From NCBI GenBank assembly GCA_964016885.1, contig OZ024741.1, positions 267,840,001-267,904,000 on the forward strand: 64,000 bases of DNA, in the 5' to 3' direction. This document shows, piece after piece, positions 56,193-64,000 of the stretch. The position numbers and the translations under genes were made by a program. Origin of the DNA: Eledone cirrhosa (Eukaryota). Below the pieces are notes generated by a model that saw only the letters and a list, made by a program, of their open reading frames with translations, ran no database searches and was not told the origin of the DNA. Position 1 is the first letter of the stretch. Every line of letters starts with the position of its first letter.

Positions 56193-56884
56193 GTCCAAAT
56201 TTTATATGTTAGAAAAAATATTTTGACAATTTATAGTATGGGACATTATTACAAATTAGGTCGTAAATATAACAATCTGTGTTGTTATTATCACAGTTTT
56301 GCCCCAGATCAGTCCTGATAGAACACACCTATAATTATAGGTGCTCCAGCCATGACCATCCTGTTCTTTTCCAATACACTGGGAACTTAGTACCAGATTA
56401 TCTAAAGGTCTTTTACTAAAGATGGTCAAGGTATCATTTAAGAGAGATTTGGCTGTTATTTCTTGCAGGCCAAGCCAGCACATGGAGGCTCCATCATTGT
56501 GTTTTTTTTTATATGGCTAGCATGACTCTTATGAAATAAGTTTTTAGAATACATGTCTTGATTTATGCAATTTACATTGCTTCAGATTTAAATTGATAAA
56601 ATTACTACCCAAGATACTTAATTGTTTATTTAATAATCAGCTTTCATTTCAGAGCAAATGTGATATTTTTCAATTGATTAATACTTTCTGTGACAATACA
56701 CCTGCCTCCTTTTTTTTCCTGCACTATTGTCAAATATGTCTGGAAGACCTATTGTCATCCCTTGTTGGAAGAGAGATCTCTATCATCTGACCGTGTTTCT
56801 TTATCTTATGGGGGATCTTATTATCTGACAATCTTCTTCCTTTATCCTATTTTGCTATAGGCCTTTCTAGTGATTACATATAAT

Positions 56885-56916
<32 letters not shown>

Positions 56917-59451
56917 TTAATAATAACAAGAGTAGTGAAGAAGAATGAAGAAAAAAAGAAGAGGGAGGAAGCATGAAGAAGAGTGGTGAAGAAGAAAATG
57001 TCAATACTGCCACTACCAAAATGAGGAAGTAGTACCAAACACTCCTTATACATTTTTCACAAACAGAAAATGCCTTTGAAACAATTAAATTCAATGAATA
57101 TTGCTAAAGACTTAAATTAAATTCATATTTAAATCTAATCAGAAATCGTGTACAGATTAACGTTCTGGTTCTAAGATGGGCATTTGATACCAGTTTTATG
57201 GAGTTAAAACATAGAAAAGATAACAAAAAAAAGAAACTATTTTCAAATTGAGAATTTTGATAAAGTATCATCATCGTCATTATAATGTCTATATTATTAT
57301 TTTGTTTTTGAAGGGTGGTAGATTGGTAGAATCGTTAGAACACCAGGTAAAATGCTTTGTGGTATTTGGTTATGGTTCTTTATATTTCTTTCTGCTGTGT
57401 ATCCTATTTTTTGTGTATGAGACCCCGCCCCCTCCAACCTGAAGTGCCCCAGGCTCCCTAACCCTGCATGCTAGCCCTTACTTTTAAAATTAGTAGCTGT
57501 AGTAGAAGATATTTGCCTAAGATGTCATGCAGTGGAGTAGAACCTGGGTCCACATGGTTGCAAAGTGAACATCTTAACTATCTAGCCATGTCTTATTGAG
57601 TGTGTATGTGTGTGTATATATATGTATTTTTTTTTTTTTTTTTGAGAGTATACGCATTGGTAGCTGGTTAAATCGAAAATGTTTTATAAATACTACAAAA
57701 CAGTTATAAAATGTTACTCTAGCCATGATGTGATGATGATGATGAAGATGGGGATGAAACATTTGAAGTGTGCAATCACTGGAGTGTTTGATAATGTAAG
57801 TGTTGTCAAAGCTCTTTAGTTATCCGAGGTTGTAAAGCAAACAAAGGTTATAAAATAATTATAGTCAGGGAAGAAAAAAGGTTTTTCACTTTCTTTTTTG
57901 AAACCTGAGACCATCTAAGATTTGCAAACACTTATTGGCAATGGAATACATATTCTAGAATCATAATTGTCTATGCATCTTTTGCCAAGGTGATGAATAA
58001 AGATTGAGACTGTTTTTGTTAGATGATTGGAAAAGATCAATTGTTTCAGGCACCAAACATATCGATAGTAATCGATAGTTTTATAAATCAGAACTGTACT
58101 TTTTTAAAAAGTATGTTTCTTGCAATTAGTATCTCATGTTGGTTATCTAATATTGAAGATATATTCCTTTTAAAAGGCATCATAGCAACAAAACGTATGT
58201 TCATTTAGTCCCCCCCCCCCCCCCCCTTTTTTTTTTTTTTTACCTGTGATTTTTGAAAGCTACTAAAAAGAAGAGTGAAATTACAAAAGACAATTTTGAA
58301 AAAAATTCAAGTTTGACAATGTGTGAAGAATATTTTGATTTTTATGATGGAATCGTTTATCGAGCAGACCTATGATCAAAAGCATTCATGCTATGATCAT
58401 AGCTTATTGCATCTAGTTTTAGGCTTAGTGCATCTAGTTGAAGTGAAACATCATTATATTCACAACCTTAGAACTACAGTAAAGATAACCAAGGAAATTA
58501 TTAATACAGAATGCTATTATTTGCAATAATAAATATCATTCTCTCTCCTACAGAACTCTTGCATTTTGTTTAGCTTTTAATTGCATCGGATTTGTTCCAT
58601 AAACTTTGTTTATTTTAAGAATTTTATGAAAATACACTCTGAAAGGATATTGCTAATATTTGTCATCATCATCATATGTTCGTTTTTGCCAGTTAGCAAG
58701 GGTTGGACATGTCTTCAAAGACCAAGTCAGTACACAAGTGGGGCTGTTGACCTTCAGATGGGCTGGGGGCCTGCAGGTCACATATGATCCTGCACTCTGC
58801 TGATTACATTTTATAGTGACACTAGCAATAGAGAGGTTGTCATGACTTTGACAGAGCGGAAAAGTCCTTTGAACCCTTTGTTTGGCAAGTTTTCTATGGC
58901 TGGATGCTCTTCCTGTCACCAATCATTTTGCAGAGTGTACTGGGTGTGTTTAGTGTATAGCTCACCAGCACTAGGGAGGTTATTATGTCTTTGACACAAC
59001 TGAAGGGTCCTCCAAACCCCTCGTAACTTCCAAATTCATGATTGGTGTTATCTTGGCCAACTGTATTGACAATTTTCACTTAACTGGTTTAGTAACAACT
59101 CCTGGTCAATTTTGTTTAATGTATCTTTGGCTTCATTAAGACTCAATCTGTTAGAAATAACAACCAACTCTTCCTCTGAAGGAATAATTGGATTATGTAG
59201 TCCTAGATATACAAAAAGACAAGGTGGTCTCAGAATGCTTTTGATCACAGGTCTGCTCAGTCAAAATTGACCTGGTGTTAAACACAACATATCTTGGGCT
59301 TTAAGATAGGAACTAAAACTTATACCACAGTTGATCACAAACTTCTGTAATGCCTTTTTCTCCTTGTTATATTTATTTTATTTTATTTAAATTTATACAT
59401 TTATTGGACTTCAGTGTTATTTTTCATTTGATACTAATTCTAATTCATTAT

Positions 59452-59640
59452 GGACGGTGGATTGGCAGTATCGGTAGAGGGTCGGACGCCATGCTTTCCA
59501 GCATAGTTACGTCCCTTTACAATCCGAGTTCAAATCCTGCCGAGGTTGACTTTGCATTTCATCCTTACGGGGTCGATAAAATAAAGTACCAGTAATGCAC
59601 TGGGTAATTGCTGGCCTTGTGCCTAAAGTAGAAACAATTA
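59452..59640 (+). mobile_element. SINE family A, full length
   Basis: Colinear with 8393-8580. Confidence 0.9.
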
Positions 59641-60639
59641 TAGTATGATCATCAATTTTTGTGTCTGCCTTCCATGTTGGCATGGGCTAGGTCGTCACAG
59701 TCCTAGTTAGTTTTTATTTGGAGTTAAAGCCTTCTTTTGTAGAGTGAAAATGCTTCTAGCATGAGACTTCCTATTAGTTACTGCATATGATATGTTTAGA
59801 TATAACTGTATATTTGGTTTATAATAGGTACACTGTATGATTGTGTGTCATAAGAAGCAAGCAAAAGGATTAGTGTCAGGGAGGACATCCATCAGTAAAA
59901 AATTGCCTCAAAGAGTCCTGTCAAACCCATGTTGGGATCGAAAAGGCTTCATATAAATAAGGAGGAGAAAGAATTAAATACTAAATGTGCCTACCTACTA
60001 GCATTTAGAGGAATGAAAATAGCTGTTATTACATTTGAAGTATCCTAATTATTATTTCAGTATTTTATTTTTTTGATATTTTCATTAGTGGGTGAATGAA
60101 AATATCAAGAGGCTGGATTCAAATCACTTTGCGCTGGAGCCCTCAATGAGCTGGTTTTGCCAGCAACGAGATAGCAAATCAATAACTTTTACTTTGTCAA
60201 AGAAATCCATTATATAGTGTTCTACATAGTAATAAATTTGCTTTCATTTTGTATGACAATGAAAATAATAAATATACACCCAGAAACACTTGAATGCCTT
60301 GGCAAATATGCATTTGAAGGAAATATATAGCTTAAAGTGTTGAGCTTCTAGTTAAACAAGATATTAGCTATTAAGTATTTCTTACACAGTATTAACTCAA
60401 TATTCGAATCACAGCCTATGAGACAGCATGTCTATTATGATTACATACTTTATAATGAATGCCTTACTCATAAAAATTAACCAATCCTGAAGGTCCTGAT
60501 AGTTTATTCTGATCTGTAATTACTTTCATCAAACCACTGCTGCAGTCATGGCCACCATCATCACCACCATTGATCTCTCTACTGACATATGTTAAATGAA
60601 CCACTTTAAACTACTCCTTCCATCAGATTAGTATTTACA

Positions 60640-60897
60640 TATTAATTTTTAATGTATGTTAGCTTAAAGTTAACTGTTTCAACACGGCTTTTTAACTATG
60701 AAAAATAGTCAAACAAGTTGAGCATATAAGACCTTAAAGAGAGAAAAAGTGAACAGCATATGGCAAGTGTGAGTTTGTGTCCCACATGCAATACTGTTCA
60801 CTTTTCTCCATCTCTATGGTCCTATCTTCCCAGCTTGTTCAACTATTTTTCATTGAAGGTGTTGACTTTAAGCTAACATACATTCAAAATTCATAAT
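60640..60897. mobile_element. Imperfect palindrome of about 255 bp (foldback MITE-like)
   Basis: AATGTATGTTAGCTTAAAGTTAAC / GTTGACTTTAAGCTAACATACATT; ATGAAAAATAGTCAAACAAGTTG / CAGCTTGTTCAACTATTTTTCAT; GAGAAAAAGTGAACAG / CTGTTCACTTTTCTC. Confidence 0.8.
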
Positions 60898-60925
60898 TTG
60901 CTCAACTCTTCTAAAAATACAATTG

Positions 60926-60987
<62 letters not shown>

Positions 60988-61059
60988 ATGTGTGGGTTGT
61001 GTCTTTATTTCACATTGCTTCAGTTCACTCAGCTGTAAAAATGAGATGCAACGTCACAG

Positions 61060-61262
61060 GTGCCAAACTGTATCAGCCTTTACCTTGTTACATTCACACC
61101 ACCACTGAATGTAACAAGGCTGGCCCCTTTGAATTATATGTACAGCTCATTGTTGCCAGCTGAGTGGACTGGAGCAACATGAAATAAAGCGTTTTGCTCA
61201 AGGAATTGAAACCATGACTTTATGATCATGAGCTAAACACCCTAACCTCTAAGCCACATGCC
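61060..61262 (-). mobile_element. SINE family F
   Basis: GCCAGCTGAGTGGACTGGAGCAACATGAAATAAAGCGTTTTGCTCAAGGA is the reverse complement of the family F core. Confidence 0.75.
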
Positions 61263-62120
61263 TTTCACATATATATACCGATAGTCTGCATATAAATCAT
61301 AGATATTTAGCCCTAGTTACTAAATCATATAATGAGCAGTTTAAAGTAGGGGTCTATATTTCATATCTGGCCTATATCTATTACCAGCTTTGCATGAGCT
61401 TGCAATCACACTCCTACTTTAATATATGAGCTGCTAAATCTATTAGAACAGCTTCACACGAAAAATAAATGGTGTCAATTTAATTAAAATTTATTATCTG
61501 CGATGGCATTTTTAAGGTAAGTAAGTAATTTCAAATATTTCAGTCACCTTTTAATACACAATTGTTGTTGGTGTTTGTGTAACACAAAATCAATTGTGAT
61601 ACAGTAGAGCAATGGACCACTGGTAGGCAGCTGAATATTTAGGCATGACCTACAGATGTATTTCATTAAACTGAATATGCCGTCATTAAGAACAATTATA
61701 GTACATTTATAGCTAATTTTCAACTTGGGCAATACCTGGCATGCTGCTAATATATTATATATATATATATATATGTGTGTGTGTGATGAGGAAAATGTGA
61801 AGTTGTAGATATTAAAGTGTCTTTTATTAATTGAGCTGTTACACATATTTCAATGATGATCAATATCATGATTTTATTAGACAGCAAAATTGAGTAAAAG
61901 GTAACATTTCCGAGGAAATTATGGGTGGAAGGGAGCAGACTAAAAAAATTTACACTTTTGCTTTGATTGTCTGCTATACATCCTTGTCTACCGAATATAT
62001 ATATCTGTTATTTTTTGTAGCATAACTAGAATTTCAGAGAAACTTTAGGCTTCATAAACTAAACTTGAGTTAATTTTAGAATCACTTCTTACCCAGTAAA
62101 CTTATTACTATTATTACTAT

Positions 62121-62153
<33 letters not shown>

Positions 62154-62882
62154 ATAATACCTAGAACACCAACAAAATGATATTAATATAATAGATTAAA
62201 TAGCAAAGGGTAAATTTAGCTGAACTAAATAGATATAAAAAAAAAGTTAAGAGGGTACCGGAAAGTTATATGATTTTCTCTAAGACTTAAAAATAAAGTA
62301 GAGGCTACTAATGAGGGGAGGTTAAGCAGGATGCTTGAATATGTTGTTCCTAAACATCTTTCACTTCATCTTATCGTCGAACAAACGAAGAACCTTCTGT
62401 TGATCACTCAAACTAAATTGAGGTTTCAACAGGAAATATACTCTTGTTTTGACCACTTTGCTTTTGAACATTCACACTCACACAAACTCCCACTTATATC
62501 TAAAATATGTGCATCTACATACATGCCTTCATTATATACATTATTGTTCTTATAGAATTTAAAGTGTTCTCTGACTTTTATAATTACAAATACATTTTAT
62601 ACAAGTTTACAAGGATCTTTTATTTTTCTGTTATGGTTTTAAATCAAATAGAGAAGACAACATCTTTGACCTTTGCAGAACCTCCAAGAATAGTGGTCAG
62701 AAAAGAAGAAAGAAAACATGGCTCATGACTTGCTTACTAACCGTACTGAAATAGTTCCATTGTAGCTTTTTCTTTTTCAGAAATCAAACATATAGAAAGG
62801 ATTAAAGAATCAAACGGGGTTCAGAATTAACAATAAGAACTGCATGAATTAATATCCTATTTTATTTTTTATTTATCCTACA

Positions 62883-63540
62883 CTAGCAGTAAAGCCCGGC
62901 GTTGCTCGGGGTCGCTCAGTAGCTGTGTTAAAGTTACAATGTTAAGTTTCTTTTTTGGCTTAAAGTCTGTCTGCACGACTGTCTGTCTGCACGCCTAACG
63001 AAATTTACAGATACATATATTTTAAATAAACTTATATAATTTTTGCTTTTTTTTACGAAATATTTGCTTGTTTTACGTAGTCTTTAAATAGACTTGTTTT
63101 CAAGTAAAAATATTGTTTTAAAAGGCTTTTAAATGGAAATGAAGCAAAACGGAAGCTTAGTGTTCGAACTGATGAATTTTGCAGGTCAAAATTTTGCTGG
63201 CTCGACAACTGTTCGTGTATTGTGTTAATGTCATTTTAAACGCTGAGAAAGCCAGCGTAATTTTTTTAATTTTTGCACGCAGAAAATGTAAACAACGTAA
63301 GACGCTCAATGTAAACAGAACAAAGGGAAATAACTCGTCACTTACGCTCAAAAATCGATACATTAGATTCGATTTCGTCACATAGGGTGGGTCAATTTGA
63401 AATATTTTTTTTCCGATGTCTTCGCTAGGGCTCAATGTACAAGTATAGCAATTTCGGTGCAATTCCGTCAGAGATTCTAAGAGGAGATGTGTGCCAAAAA
63501 TCGATAGACAGACAGACAACCACAGCTTTATATATATAGA
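62883..63540 (-). mobile_element. Complete non-autonomous Helitron (658 bp)
   Basis: Minus strand: A|TCTATATATATAAAGC..(CTGT)n ... hairpin CCCGAGCAACGCCGGG ..TGCTAG|T; 5'-TC, subterminal GC hairpin, 3'-CTAG, AT insertion site and no TSD. Confidence 0.88.
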
Positions 63541-64000
63541 TAAGATTATTATCATACAACTACATAGAGAAAAACTAACATGTTCTGCCTAATAATAATT
63601 ACAAGGAAGTAAAGTTAAAGTGATGCATGTTTATATGGGATGTAAAGATGTGTGTTAAACCATATTATAAATACCTTGATAGAGCATAATTCTTTGAATT
63701 AATGACATGTAAATCTTAGTGTCTGAAAGAATATGTTTAACACAAGGAAAACATTGGCAGGGTAAAAGGTTGCAAAGTACAATAATGTCCAATATAGGAC
63801 TGGGAGAAAGAATTGTATCTCTTCTTCAAAAATTGAGTCTCAACTCTCCTTTTATAACTTATTCCAATACATATTGGAATAAGCTATAAAAATTAGTGAA
63901 GCCACAGATAAAAAGAAAAAGGGCTCAGCTGTAAATGTTTGAATACGTCAAGTGTGAAAGATGTATAAAAACAACATAATAGACATTGTAATATCTTTGA

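Noticed and set aside
61490-61525. Strong splice donor AAG|GTAAGT suggesting a host exon
   Set aside because: No convincing upstream acceptor or recognisable reading frame; a single motif is expected by chance in 64 kb.

Overview
AT-rich, repeat-dominated animal genomic DNA. The SINE, RTE-LINE and microsatellite content resembles a cephalopod (Octopus-like) genome; this is inferred from repeat style and not verified. No host protein-coding gene or exon can be supported, and the very long Y/I/M/C/V ORFs are translations of (TA)n/(TATG)n microsatellites. The window holds decayed LINEs (two RTE lineages, two CR1-like fragments), Tc1 and pogo/Tigger relics, several MITEs, a complete non-autonomous Helitron, many tRNA-type SINEs (some with clear target-site duplications), two minisatellites and about 25 kb of TA-based microsatellite. 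The most notable signal is a set of short non-coding islands inside the TA microsatellites that carry hammerhead-ribozyme motifs: 32.9 kb, 33.9 kb, 47.4 kb, a truncated one at 49.1 kb and a degenerate one at 3.2 kb. The 47.3-47.96 kb island is a partial tandem with a 486-nt unit, a full type I hammerhead and an inverted 5' segment, i.e. a retrozyme- or Penelope-pLTR-like architecture. Several foldback palindromes are also present. All structures were read by eye; no searches or folding computations were run.
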